DNA of 64,000 nucleotides from Phoronis australis (lineage: Eukaryota > Animalia > Phoronida). Position numbers and translations under genes: made by a program. This document shows, piece by piece, positions 1-11,927 of this stretch (position 1 is the stretch's first letter; each line of letters starts with the position of its first letter). Under the pieces are notes generated by a model. That model did no database searches, was not told where the DNA came from, and saw nothing but the letters and a program-made list of their open reading frames with translations. Where the stretch lies: contig NMRA01000215.1 in assembly GCA_002633005.1 (NCBI GenBank), positions 10,690 to 74,689 on the forward strand. The letters are read 5' to 3'.

Positions 1-1045
1 CCAGTGGAGGCCAGTGGAGGCCAGCGGAGGCCAGTGGAGGCCAGCGGAAACCAGTGGAGGCCAGCGGAGGCCAGTGGAGGCCAGCGGAGGACAGTAGAGG
101 CAAGTGGAGGCCAGAAGAGGCCAGTAGAGGCCAGTGGAGATCAGTAAAGTCCAGTGGAGGCCCATGAAGGCCAGTGGAGCCCAGTGGAGCTCAGTGGAGG
201 CCAGTGGATGCCAGTGGATGGCAGTGGAGGCCCTTGGAGGCGAGTGGAGGCCAGTGGAGTCCAGTGGAGGCCAGTGGAGGCCAGTGGAGGACACCGGAAG
301 TGAGCAGAAGACAATGGAGCCCAGTGGAGGCTGGTGGAGGACAGGGGAGGCCAGTGAAAGCCACTGGAGGTAAGTGTAGGCCAACAGAGGCCAATGGAGG
401 TCAGCGGATGCCTTTACTGGACTGTGGAGTCTAGTGGATACCAGTGGAGGCCAGTGGAGGCCAGTGGAGGCCAGCGGAGGCCAGAGGAAGCCAGCGGAGG
501 ACCATGGAGGCCAATGGAGCCCAGTGGAGGCCAGCGGTGGCCAGTGGAGGCCAGTGGAGGCCAGTGGTGGCCAGTGGAGGCCAGTGGAGGCCAGTGGACG
601 CCAGTGGAGGCCTGTGGGGGGCCTGTGGTGGCCAGTGGAGGCCTGTGGAGGCCAGTGGAGACCGGTGGAGGCCAGTGGAGGCCAGCGAAGGCCAGTGGAG
701 GCCCTTGGAGGCCAGTGGAGAGCCTGGAGGCCAGTGGAGGCCACCGGAAGTGAGCGGAAAACAATGGAGACCAGTGGAGGCTGGTGGAGGACAGGGGAGG
801 CCAGTGAAAGCCACTGGAGATCAGTGGAGTCCAGTAGTGGCCTGTGGAGTCAAGTGGAGGCCAAGGGAGGACAGCGGAGGCCAGTGGAGGCCAGGGGAGG
901 CCTGTGGAGGCCAGTGGAGGCCAAAGGAGGTCAGCGGAGGCCGGTGGAGGCCACTCGAGGCCGGTGATGGGCGGGGGAGGCCGTTGGAGGCCGGTGGAGG
1001 CCAGTGGAAGCCAGTGGAGGAGGCCAGTGGAGGCCAGTGGAGGCC
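1..1045. repeat. 10-bp minisatellite (consensus CCAGTGGAGG), ~100 degenerate units
   Basis: Directly visible tandem array. It runs from the window start and ends at the N at 1046. Confidence 0.97.
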
Positions 1046-1599
1046 NCAGATAGGTCATTAGAGGTCAACTCAGCTCGTAAGAATATGCCGGAGTTGCGAA
1101 TCTGTTGTCTATAATCTATGGTCCCACTGCGTGTATTTCTTCCGTAGACCCCGAAATTGCTCGCAGCCAGGGTAGTTCTGCTCGTCACCGCGCCGTGAAG
1201 CTTGTATCAAAATGTAAAGCTAAAGACCGGACGGGGTGCATGCAAAATCTGGGAATCAACCGATACTCACCTTACCCGTTACAGCCGTTTAAGTGAAAAA
1301 CAATGCAATAAACGTCATTTTCTCTCCGCCTTTTCTAACAATGAAAAGTATGTCGTCGTTTCGAAAACAATACGCTCGTGTCACGCGCACGCGCCATTTT
1401 CTAAATTTTCGCGACAACTTCGGAGAAGCAAAATTTGTTCTGAAATTCGGTTTTTCGGTATCGGAATTCTAAAAAATATTTCATGGCGCCGAAAGCCGTC
1501 GCTAAAGATCGCTCCACAACTTTAGCAGCAGAATAACGGTAGAACGACATTTTTTCCAACACTTTTAAATAATTTTGTTTACTCAAGGAAGACTGTAGT

Positions 1600-4500
1600 T
1601 TTTAATGACACTAATTTTGAGTCAGATTTTATCTTACCACTTTTTTACCGACATCGGTGCAAAGCTGTATATTTATATACAGCTTTGTACCAAGGCTAAC
1701 TGCTGAGTGCTGTAGACTATAAGACCAAGTGTCAGACCAAAAAATTGAAAGGACATAGAACGGCATAGCAACGTTTCAAGGCACCAACAGTAGTACTAAA
1801 TCTGAAGTTGCTGAAAGTGATACAGATGTTATCCGAGATTTCCCAAGAAAATCAATTATACTTCCAAAATCTGAAACACCCAATTAACCTGCACAAGATA
1901 GGAACATTGTGAAACATGAGTGCATCATTTGTTAGCAGGAAAAGTATATTATGGACCATATTTCAAGAAAGAGAAAGAAGTATAGCTTTCAAAAACAGGT
2001 ACATGTTTTTGAAAAGTAAATCTTGGTGTTTTCCATGTGTGTTTCAGCATTATCACCACAGCTGTTTTTTTTTTAACTTGTTCAGCCCCTTGGCTGCCTA
2101 GGCCTTAGACAATACCGCTGACCCAGTAGAGACGATGATCATACCATAGGTACTCCATATGCCGGATGCTTTTCGGCAAATTATGTTCCTATAAGTTTAG
2201 AAGTACCGCGTAGAGAGATGCCTCTGAGGAGGTCGTTAATGTTTTCATTTGTTCCCAGTTTAAACAAATACTTCTCCAATCCTGTTTTTTGAACACTTCA
2301 TTGTTCAGTTGCCACATCGACACTGCTTGCGCTAAGGGATAATCCTATGGCGTTATACTGTGGGTGTGATTTTAAAGCACTTTAAGTCAAAAAGTTTTGA
2401 GAAGGTTTAATTGAGTAGATGGTTGCAAACAACATGCCCAAGTGGCCGTCATCCCCTGCCGTAGTCCTGGGATAGGGGGAACCTCTGCTCAATTTTTTGT
2501 AAACATTAATTACTTAGGTAGCTGCAATGATAATTAAATTAAAGTGCCTAAGTGGCCATCGTCGCTGTCGAAATTTGAGGACGATGGAAGCCACTGTCCA
2601 TTTCGTCAAACGTCGATTACCTTAAGTGTAAATCGATTGACTATGGTTTGAGCATCTGATTTAGAAAAAATAAATTTCAATCACTGCACTGGTATATCAG
2701 CTGATTTATTTTCAGTTGCATCAACTAATCTAATTATTAGTTGATCAACATTTTTAGGCTACAGATCAGACGGCATGTAAATTTGTTAGGCTGGTGGTGG
2801 ATCAGTTCCTGAAAGTCCGTCTGAAAAAGTTGCATGCCAACTCACTCATAGTTGAATGTTAAATTAGTGTTAACAGTTCGGGTTTTTTTCAGTTGGTCTT
2901 GTATCGCAAGCAACAGCTCAGTCCAGATCCCTGAATATGCAAATGAAATTCAAAGATAAAGACCTTGTGTCTTAGAAGCCAAGTACAACAGATCATCATG
3001 CTATAAAAAATAGAAAGACAACGATTGTGAAGAGTGACGAATCCACAGTTTTCAGAGATGTTTTTCTACAGTTTTGTTTGAAGTTCATTGAATCAAAGCT
3101 TCTAACACAAGAAGATGTCATTTGCCTTTCAAAACTAAAGCAAGACTTTGAAGCTGTTCTTCAGAAAGCTGGTGTGCATGAAGTTATTTGGACAGGCAAT
3201 CTTAAGAAATATTGTTGAAGCTACTCACTGTTGTAGTTTGTGCCCGACTAAGAGATACGAAAGTGAATTGAGGCTAGTGTTCGATAATTCACTTGCTGAC
3301 TCTAATTAACACAGCCCATTATAACATATTTTGAATCAAACGTTTGCCCAAATCCTGCCCGCCTCCAAACAAGGACTTAGTGTTTCAACCCTTCATTGCC
3401 TGCGGGCCAATCACCAGTGTGAAGTGCTGTACCCTCTCTAATCGACCATAGTTGGCTCCTTGGCGGTGGAGCTTTGCAGTTAAAATGTATGGCAATGACC
3501 GCATCTCCATTGACAGTACTAAATGATGAACGCTGCAAATGCAAAAAGAACATATGTGCTGGGAAACTGAGTTTGTGCTGCAATGCTTGGTCAAACTGTA
3601 CAGAAATGTGCAGCTGTGACAACTGTAGTAACATCAGCAACACTGACTGCATAACATTGGATAGTTCTTTGACAAGTCAACCCTAAATAGACCTCCAACC
3701 CCGTTATTTCATTTTTTGTATTAAAAAGTTAGTTTCATTTGTTGATTAAGTCATAGAAAGTACATACTTTGATCATTGTCAGGTATTTGTCTGATACTGC
3801 TTGATAACCGCTGTCAGAATAATCTATTATTTTCATACAGTCTGTGTGCACATTCACAGAGGTCATTCAACTATATTGTTTTTGTACTATAACGTAGTTC
3901 TGGTGTATTATGCAAACAAGCTGTATTTTACACCATTAGTCAATGTTTTAGTCATTGAGGCATAAATTTTGCCCAGTCTCAAGTGTTTTGTGTTATTTTT
4001 GTTGCCAGACAATGCCAGAATAACTTCCTAGTAACATTCAGACTTAGTTTGCATTTTTGCCACTAGGTGTCTCTTTACATTTTTTAAATTTCACTGTTTA
4101 CAATTAATGTACAATAGTAAAACATGTAATGTGAGAGTAATATTGTTCAATACAATGGCACTGATGGGACCATATTACCGTATTCGCCGTAATAACCGCC
4201 CATGCCCCTATAAGCGCCCCCCCACGCGTTTTCAGACTTTGCTGGAATAAGCGCCCAGTCCATGACGTACCTTCAGTCCTAAAACTTGGCTACAGTAACG
4301 TCTTCATTTTATCAAAAAAGTTTTGCACGGGTCTTCCAGACCACCAGCGGCACTGCTACGTTTGTATTTAGCCGTGACTATACACTTCAAAGTAACACAG
4401 CGCTTCAAAAAGAACGCAACAGCGTTGCTACTTTCGCGACGACCGTGTCCCACTATGGTCTCATACAGTACACATCGACTGTCTCATGAATAAAAATAAC

Positions 4501-5805
4501 TCGGTGTTGAACGCACGTGGCCAGAAAGCGCGCGCTACATATATGAACCTAGCTGTCATCAAAGACATTAGTCGGGAACTATCCATTCATGAAACGGGTA
4601 GCATAGCATCGGTAAGAATTGAATATTGGCCCTAATTTCCGACAATTTCTAATACTATAAAAGATGTTTGCGTTATTTTTAGATGGATTGTTTGATTAAC
4701 CATAATTGGTGTTTTTAAGCCGAATATCCAATAAAATGACAACTGACAGCGAATGCTTACACACCCTTACACCGAAAAATAACTGTCAGAACAGTTACGT
4801 ACGCATCCAGCTACACGGCGACTAATATTATGGGTCTTACCGAAACAAATGTCGAACGTTTTTAGCACGAGACCGACAAGTGCTGAATGAAACACGCTCT
4901 GGTTTAGGCCTACTGCTTGTGCAAATTTCTTTAGACACAATGCACATCTAGCTCGTTAGATTGCGTGGCTCTGGCCAAAAGACGGTCTCTGCTTTGTCAA
5001 ATGAACTCTGGTTACACGCACGCGCTAGCTTACTCGCAGACGAACTTCAAAACAAACGTCACGTGACAACAACATGTGTGTTCGTCCAGACATTTTTCTC
5101 GCCGTGTTGCCGATCATACATGTAGATGGCACGATGTTGCGCAGATTTGTACTTAAAACTGCCGTAAATCCAGACTCCACGGGAACTTAAAAAAGTCATA
5201 GGGACGCTACTTAGAAAACTTAATGAGGATTTCAGGTAATTTGCTTGAGTCGAAACTATTTTTATTCAAGCATTGAAGTCGCCATATCGAAGACGGCGAT
5301 TTTGAGGCCGTCAGTCGGCAAGTTTTCGCTCTGGGATTTCAGCACGATTTTCTGTAAAATGATCGTAATTTAGCAGCAAAGTTTGATAGCAATGCACAGC
5401 AGTTTTGTTGGAAGTCTTTCATAGATTACAGATACGTCAGAGAACGTAAATTTGATGAATCTTAGCTTCCGATTTCACCCTTTCGGAGACCGGGTTTCAA
5501 CCGCCTTGGGTTATAATAAGCGCCCCCCTTGAACCGAACTTTTCTAAGCGCCCTGGGCGGTTATTACGGCGAATACGGTACTTGTTTTACAAAAAAACTC
5601 ACCAAAACTGTTGTTTTTACAAATATGAGTTTACTAAGCTCTTTGGTGATTATTAGGTAACTTCAAACTCAAATTTCTCGGTGCAACTTTATATGTGGGA
5701 ACTTTTTAGATTTTGAAAACACTCTAATAAATGAATTTAAAAACACCAAAATAAAATTGCCTCCCCCCCTAAAGTACGCACAAAAACCATTTTCTAGAGG
5801 CCCTA
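1600..5805 (+). mobile_element. Decayed Academ-like DNA transposon (transposase relic plus probable right end)
   Basis: Broken fragments read ECIIC (~1920), KDLVS*..KY..SCYK (~2960-3010), LP...LHCLRANHQ (~3355-3420) and HSW..G.LQ..M..SP..VL...CKCKKNIC...CC....CTEMCSCDNCSN (3445-3640). The last is the Cys-rich C-terminus typical of Academ transposases. The region ends ...GAGGCCCTA at 5805 (TAGGGCC on the reverse strand). Left boundary not identified. Confidence 0.6.
4178..5578. mobile_element. Non-autonomous Tc1/mariner-superfamily (Tc2/pogo-like) element with 25-bp TIRs and TA TSD
   Basis: TA-CCGTATTCGCCGTAATAACCGCCCA at 4176-4202 and its perfect reverse complement ending -TACGG-TA at 5580. 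Subterminal TAAGCGCCC motifs at ~4211, 4249, 5517 and 5545. No transposase ORF. Confidence 0.9.
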
Positions 5806-5833
5806 CAAATTCTGGCCCACCGACTATAAGCCA

Positions 5834-6450
5834 AACTAACTTTGCAATAGCCGTACAACGAATACAGGACCATATAGTCAATTTCAAATTTCTTCAAAGA
5901 AGAGGATAACCCTGTAAAATATGTAATCACAAAGTAACAAACTTGATTGCATGTCGTAATATTAACAGTTTATGTAATGACAATTAATTGGCGGAGTGCC
6001 ACTGGCCGAACCAAGCTTTGAAGACCTGTTTAAGTACGTGGTCGTAAACAGTTCTACTATTTTTGCTTGTAATCTGCAGCTTCATTTCAACAAACAAATG
6101 CATCATGATTCCATAAATTTATTTTAGGAATGGTCGATAACTAACTTCGCAATAGTACGGCAAATACAGGATCAGTTTCAACTTTCGTCAAAGAAGAGGA
6201 TAACCCAGTAAAACGTGTTCGCAAAGTAACAAACCTGATCACACATGATTGCAGGTCATAATATTAACGGTTTGACTTCAAATTATGGAATAACAATTAA
6301 TTGGCGGGGTGGCCGAACCAAGCTTTGAATACCTGTTTATGTACGTGGTCGTGAAACAGTTCAATCTACTATTTGGTTTTAATCAGCAGCTTGGTTTAAA
6401 CAAGCACAAACGCATCACGATTCCACAAATTTATTCAAGAATGGTCGATG
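5834..6450. repeat. Diverged tandem duplication of a ~305-bp unit
   Basis: Colinear shared blocks in both halves: aactaactt.gcaatag, tcaaagaagaggataacc, tggccgaaccaagctttgaa.acctgttta.gtacgtggtcgt and gaatggtcgat. Confidence 0.85.
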
Positions 6451-6594
6451 ACAAATTGAGAACAGTCCTATGAACGAAATTCAGTCTTCACTGCAACAGA
6501 CCACCAAAAACAACTTTTTGGAATTTTTGTGCTCATTGCGGGGCTCATGACTTCGTGACGTCAACCGCATTTCTTGAGTTGGAACAGCGCCATC

Positions 6595-6905
6595 TGTCCT
6601 GTCTGTTCGACTACTACGTCTGTTTGGCAAGACCAACATGTTCATTTGATGACTTAGTAACCTCTCTGTTTGGTAGAAGTGACCTGTTCGTTCGACAAGT
6701 AACCTGTTCGTTCGGCGCGAGTAACCTGTCTGTTTGGCGCAACTAACTTGTTCGTTCGCTAAATAACCTGTCTGTTTGTCGAAATTTAACCAAATAACCT
6801 GTCTGTTTGTCAAAATTTAACCAAATAACGTGCCTGTTTGCCAAAACTGAACCAAATAACCTGTCTGTTTGAAAACTAACTTGTTTATTTGATAGTGTTG
6901 TCTAT
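6595..6905. repeat. Degenerate short tandem repeat (core TAACCTGTCTGTTTG)
   Basis: Multiple copies of aacctgt(c/t)(t/c)gtt(t/c)g at 20-30 bp spacing. Confidence 0.8.
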
Positions 6906-7511
6906 TTTGAACCTTTTCGCTGCCCATACCCGCAGAACTGATCAAGAATTCAATGCTTCGAAAATCTGTCGTCCAGTGCGGTGAGCTCTGACGATTAGCC
7001 GACACACTGACCTATATTATTCGTGATGATGATGCCTGTGTGACGTTGTAGTTCACGAAAATACGTGGTAAGACATTTTCGTGCCACATGTCTTGATGCT
7101 GCGGAATCTTACATGGAAATGCTTATAATTGTCTTTGGAAATGGCTACCTATTTTCCTGCATGAATAGTTGACACGCTTTCTCTTTACATCTCTTCGACA
7201 TGTTTTGACTTAACTGGGGGTTTTCCTTGGATCCTGCGCTACAAGAAATGTATTTTGTTTTGCCCGAATTTCATGTTTTTCGTTTGCGTCTGGGTGCCGG
7301 GCTACTACCCTCTGTCCTCCCGCGCCTAATGCAGAGTGCGAAATGATATATGGAGTACTGACGTAGCTGGAAGTGGCGCTGTTATAAAACGGGTTGTTAA
7401 GACTTCCTTCTTAAAATTCAGGTCGTGCCAGGAGACAGTAAAACTACAGATTTGAATTGAGTTGACAACGACTCGTCTGAAATATTGGCAACTCCAAAAG
7501 AGACGTGTTTA

Positions 7512-7673
7512 ATGAAAAATGCTGACATGGTTCGATGTTGCAGTTTTGTTGTCGCCAGTTTATCTCTTCTGGTGAAAACGAGTTGGACGGCAGACACGTG
7601 CTCAAGGGACAGTAGCCGTAGCTTTGGATGTAGTTGCGATTCTATCTACTTAGGCAATCGTGGATTGAAGGAA
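7512..7673 (+). CDS. LRR gene exon 1 (signal peptide + LRRNT)
   Basis: ATG at 7512, hydrophobic leader, C..CxC, donor GAA|GTGAGT. Confidence 0.8.
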
Positions 7674-9889
7674 GTGAGTATTTAACCCAAAGTTCGTAGC
7701 TAGCAGTGTTGTCTCATAGGAAAATGGCCGTATTAGACACTGAATTGAATATCCACATCAGTTGTGTATTCGCATACGAAGGTGAAAATGATATAATAAT
7801 ATATAATATAACATAATATAATTTGTTTAAAATTAAAGACCTCTGTTACATCACAAACTATCTTAACGCAGTTTAAACGTACGTTTCCAAATGGTCACAT
7901 TAATTATTTGAAAACGAACAAAAATGGTATAGATTTTTTTTGACGGTTTATGGGAATAAAAAAGCCTAAGAGATGAAATGACACAAACATTTACCTTTCA
8001 TTTATCGAAGTGATACTATATCCACATACACATTCAGAGTTACAATTTTCGGAAATATTTGGCCTACAAGAGTACCTATTTTAGTGACGTCCCTCGCTAA
8101 TTGAGTGTCATTTAATTTTCAAAAGTATAGTGAAAGCCAAAGAAAAATATTTTTGTACATTTTCCCAATTTGATGAACTGTTATCACCTTCTTGTTGGTT
8201 TTGTGGCCACACGTTAGATTGGATATTTATAAAATATTGGTTTTTGTACAGCAGTAAGTATCAGGAGAAACGATTCCACGGGTGCACCTCTTAATTCCAG
8301 CTTTTATCTCCTAGACCCTAGTCCAGGACTAGAAAGAACCAAATGTCATTCTCGTGTCCCTGAACTTCACAGTATAACCGATGACCGAACTCCACACCCG
8401 GAAACCAGATTCCTTACCTGGATCCAAGTCCGTTAGTAGACTACCCCTATCCCCTCTTCCCTCCCCCCGGTTAGGAAGTTTTGTCATCGGTTATCGATTA
8501 TTTTCGCCTCTTGTGTGGAGTTTAGGGGTGCACGTATGGAACTTGTGCTGCAGATTTCGACCGGGACTGTGGTTAAGGGGGATCATGTAGCTTAGAAGCG
8601 CGTCCATGGAGTCGTTTCCATCCTTTAAGAATTTACATTGTTGCGAATAAAATCGTGTTTAGTTTTTGTCTTATATTTTGCATTTCTAGGTTCCTGTCGG
8701 TCTTAACAAGGATGCACGTCAGGTTGTCGACCTAAGCAGAAACCAGATAACTTTGATCAAATCGGACGCGTTCTCCTCGTTAACACGCCTTGAACTGGCT
8801 CTCGATTTAGAAAACAACACAATCAATACCCTCGAGCCCTACGCGTTCAGAGGTTTACGTCATCTGCTCGTGATCAAACTGAGAGGAAACAGTCTCCCCT
8901 TACTCGTGACGAATTCGTTTAGTGGGTTGTTCAACATTTCCTCTCTCGATATCAGCTGGAACCAGATTGCGGTTATAGAAACCCGAGCCTTTGACGAATC
9001 ATCGCATCTTCGCTCTGTGAACTTAGAGGGAAACAAAATTCACACTATTTCGAGTAGGGCCTTCAGCGGTTTAAGTTTTGTTGATCGGTTGATGTTAAGC
9101 GGAAATGACGTCACAAGCATCCAACCATATGCATTTAGTGGCCTGTCGGTCAGATTTCTCCTCATGTCCAAACTGAAAAGATTACGCCGAATCAAATCGT
9201 TCTCGTTTTCAGGAATTTTGAACACTGAACTTGTCGACTTACATTCTAGTGGCGTGCGGTTTGTTCACGATTTTGCCTTTGCCGATATGCATGCAAATTA
9301 CTCTGTTTTTAATTTGAGCGACTGTGAAATAGAGTTTGTTGGGGAAAGCATTTTCAAAAACGTCCAAGGGTCTTCTAGCAAATTTTTAGACAACATTTAC
9401 AGTCGGTCATTTGACGAAATGTATGTCACACGCAAGATTGAAACTTTGGGAGAGATTGGTGTGACGTTGTTTGAAAACGTGGTTAGAAAAATTTCGAATG
9501 GGCCCACCATTGCTATAGAGATATTAGATCTTTCGCGGAATAAACTGAGAACTGTCCCTTACAACTCGCTGGATGAAAAGCAGCCAGGTCTAAACCCTGC
9601 TTTATTGCTTGGGGGGAACCCCATCGTCTGCGATTGCGGTATCGCCTGGTTGAACTCTCTTATTATAAAGGATGAAGACTTTTATGTTGATATGACCTGC
9701 ACAGAGCCACCGGAGATCAGAGGTCAGAATTTCTTTGATAATTTGATTGATGCAAAAGTATTCGAAAATTGCTCATATAACGATACAAGCGCCGGGTGTG
9801 CAACATCTGTTAACTTCCCGTCACTTTTTTCTGCGTTTTGCTATCATATTTTGCTGTTTCATTATATTTTGATATCTCGATATTTTTGA
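7512..9889 (+). CDS. Gene: LRR cell-surface protein (signal peptide, LRRNT, ~11 LRRs, LRRCT, probable GPI anchor), ~453 aa, exons 7512-7673 and 8690-9889
   Basis: Exon 1 encodes MKNADMVRCCSFVVASLSLLVKTSWTADTC..FGCSCD..LGNRGLKE and ends at a GTGAGT donor. The acceptor tttctag|GTT CCT joins in phase 0 to the 8753 ORF frame. It contains 24-aa LxxLxLxxNxI...AF repeats, NPIVCDCGIAWL...CTEPPEIRG, and a hydrophobic C-terminus with no cytoplasmic tail. AATAAA at ~10009. Confidence 0.88.
8690..9889 (+). CDS. LRR gene exon 2 (LRRs, LRRCT, hydrophobic tail)
   Basis: Open frame of 400 codons including ORF 8753..9889. Polypyrimidine tract and AG at 8689. Confidence 0.92.
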   Translation, partial: VPVGLNKDARQVVDLSRNQITLIKSDAFSSLTRLELALDLENNTINTLEPYAFRGLRHLLVIKLRGNSLPLLVTNSFSGLFNISSLDISWNQIAVIETRAFDESSHLRSVNLEGNKIHTISSRAFSGLSFVDRLMLSGNDVTSIQPYAFSGLSVRFLLMSKLKRLRRIKSFSFSGILNTELVDLHSSGVRFVHDFAFADMHANYSVFNLSDCEIEFVGESIFKNVQGSSSKFLDNIYSRSFDEMYVTRKIETLGEIGVTLFENVVRKISNGPTIAIEILDLSRNKLRTVPYNSLDEKQPGLNPALLLGGNPIVCDCGIAWLNSLIIKDEDFYVDMTCTEPPEIRGQNFFDNLIDAKVFENCSYNDTSAGCATSVNFPSLFSAFCYHILLFHYILISRYF

Positions 9890-11821
9890 CTTAAAACAGA
9901 TACAAGGCAAAATCTTCAAACTCAGTTAAGACAGATTTTGTGATAGCCGCTCTTCCCTTAAAAGTTGTAAGTTTCTGGTAGACTGAAAAATTGTTATTTT
10001 ATTTTCAAAATAAAGCATTTGTGTGTCTCTATAGGAGATGAATCTTTGTTTTAATGGAGACCTCAGCATCCTGGAAATGTAGTCTGGCTGCAAATCCGTA
10101 TGTTAAGCCATACTTTATTCCAAAACAAAAAAATTAATTAAAAGTTTCCTTTTTATCTCAGTGGTCCAAGAAAGTTACCTGATATTTTAAATAAGTGACA
10201 CAACACATTCCTGTCTATTCGTGTTCATTTTTTCTCCTGTTCAATTGTGTAACTTCCTGTTAGTCAATTGACGAATACCTGCCGGTGACTCTTATACCCA
10301 ACCACTTTTGTTTTTATTTGAGAAGACCTAGTAGGTTTCTTAATGTGTTATATGGCATATTCTAGATCCAACAGGCAACATCCGAGGTGCATTCAGTTAC
10401 TTCAAAGTCTCTATGAACCATGATCCGATGTCAAATTGGCTTTCTTTTCGCAGCTTATTTTGCTATTCCAAACCAGCATTATTTTGTTCTTATCCGTTTT
10501 TCTATCCAAAAAAGTGAAAGCATTTTTGCAACCGGCAAATGATTAGAAAAAAATGTGAGCATAACGTAACACAACTACCATTTGTCTAATATATTTTCTA
10601 AACATAGATCATCTTTTAAGTAATATTGAAATATTACTTCTGCCAGGGAGGTCATGCCTTTGCCTTTGTTTGAAAAAGTGTGTGCGCGCACATGTTAACC
10701 CAAGAATTTTGAGAGACTCCCTCCTACTTGTGCCATGTTTGATGTGTCTCATGTCTATCAATCTCCACCCTTTCACTTTTCGGCAACAGTGTTCAACGCT
10801 GTTTCTAGTTGGCAGATTTTGTATTTTTGATAAATGAAATAAAGCATTAATATGTATGCTTATTGCAGACAGGCAGAAAACCTTTACAGGACTAAAATGG
10901 AAATTAAAGGGACCCATTGCACCCTGCGCGGGTTTCGCAAAACACGCTGGAAAATACCCCCTATCCGCACTTAACGCTGGTGCAGTCACCGCGTCAATAC
11001 GAGTATCCCCCGGGTTGTGTAAGTTTTTTGAGCCAGTTTTATTTCGGTATAGTTTACCCAAAAAGTTTGAGATGGATTTTAATGAAAAAATTAGGTCGGA
11101 AGTGGAGCAAGCACCAGTCTATACGAGTTTGGAAAGACCCCTGCAGTCAGTCTTGTGCCCCAAGTCATAATACACAGCATGCACGGGCGCGGCCATGTTG
11201 CTTTCAGCGCTACCAGTCCTAAAAACAACAATGTCCCCCAAAGATGATCTTGCACGTTTTTTGCTAATCTAAGAACAAAAGCACTTGATCTTCCACCTAA
11301 AATTTGCCTTACAGCCAGAAAGTGGCAGAGTGTTTAAGAATTTCCACGGTTGCCAGATTGAAAAATATGTCAAAGGGCAAACCAAATGCATTTATTCAAA
11401 CGCGTGCCACTCGTACTAGCCACCACATCTTGAGTAACTCTTAAAATGCCAATAAATCACTTTCCCGGCATTGAAATGCGACTGTGTCTCAAGAAAATAT
11501 CGTGTGCCAGCTGTTGAACATAGAGAAGACCGATGCTTGCATTTTGAAACAATTTTGTTTTGTTGTATTCGCATACTTTGGTTGTGTAGTTATAGTCCAC
11601 CAATTGTTACTCACTAGTGTTAGACAGTTGTCGTCTAAACATGGCCTGCACGAAAGTCAAACAAACTGAAGGTTACGTATTACAAACATGCAATCCACTT
11701 TGATCCTGCATTCATTTCAGTTGGATGCGATTCGCATTGGCCATGTTGAATCCACGTTAAAACGTTACAGGTTGTTTCAGTTTAATCTGGAGAGCGATTT
11801 TGCGAATTTTCAGCACTCAAA

Positions 11822-11927
11822 ATGAGAAGAGTTTTTGTAAAATGCCTTATGTCAATTTACTTGCTTTCACACGTTCTTTGCTGCCTGGCGTCGGATACAG
11901 ATGTCTCTGATATATGCACTGAAGGAG
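11822..11927 (+). CDS. RTK-A exon 1 (signal peptide)
   Basis: [35 protein letters not shown]. Phase-1 donor G|GTACGT, with an alternative donor at 11931. Confidence 0.6.

Noticed and set aside
1-1045. CRISPR-like array
   Set aside because: No unique spacers, eukaryotic context, no cas genes.
134-1061. Long overlapping ORFs (VEASGGQWRP / WPPLASTGLH repeats)
   Set aside because: By-product of a stop-free 10-bp repeat, open in many frames on both strands.
9889-11822. LRR gene as the missing ectodomain spliced onto RTK-A
   Set aside because: The LRR ORF has its own stop, hydrophobic tail and polyA signal, and RTK-A has its own signal-peptide exon. Only cDNA could fully exclude a fusion isoform.
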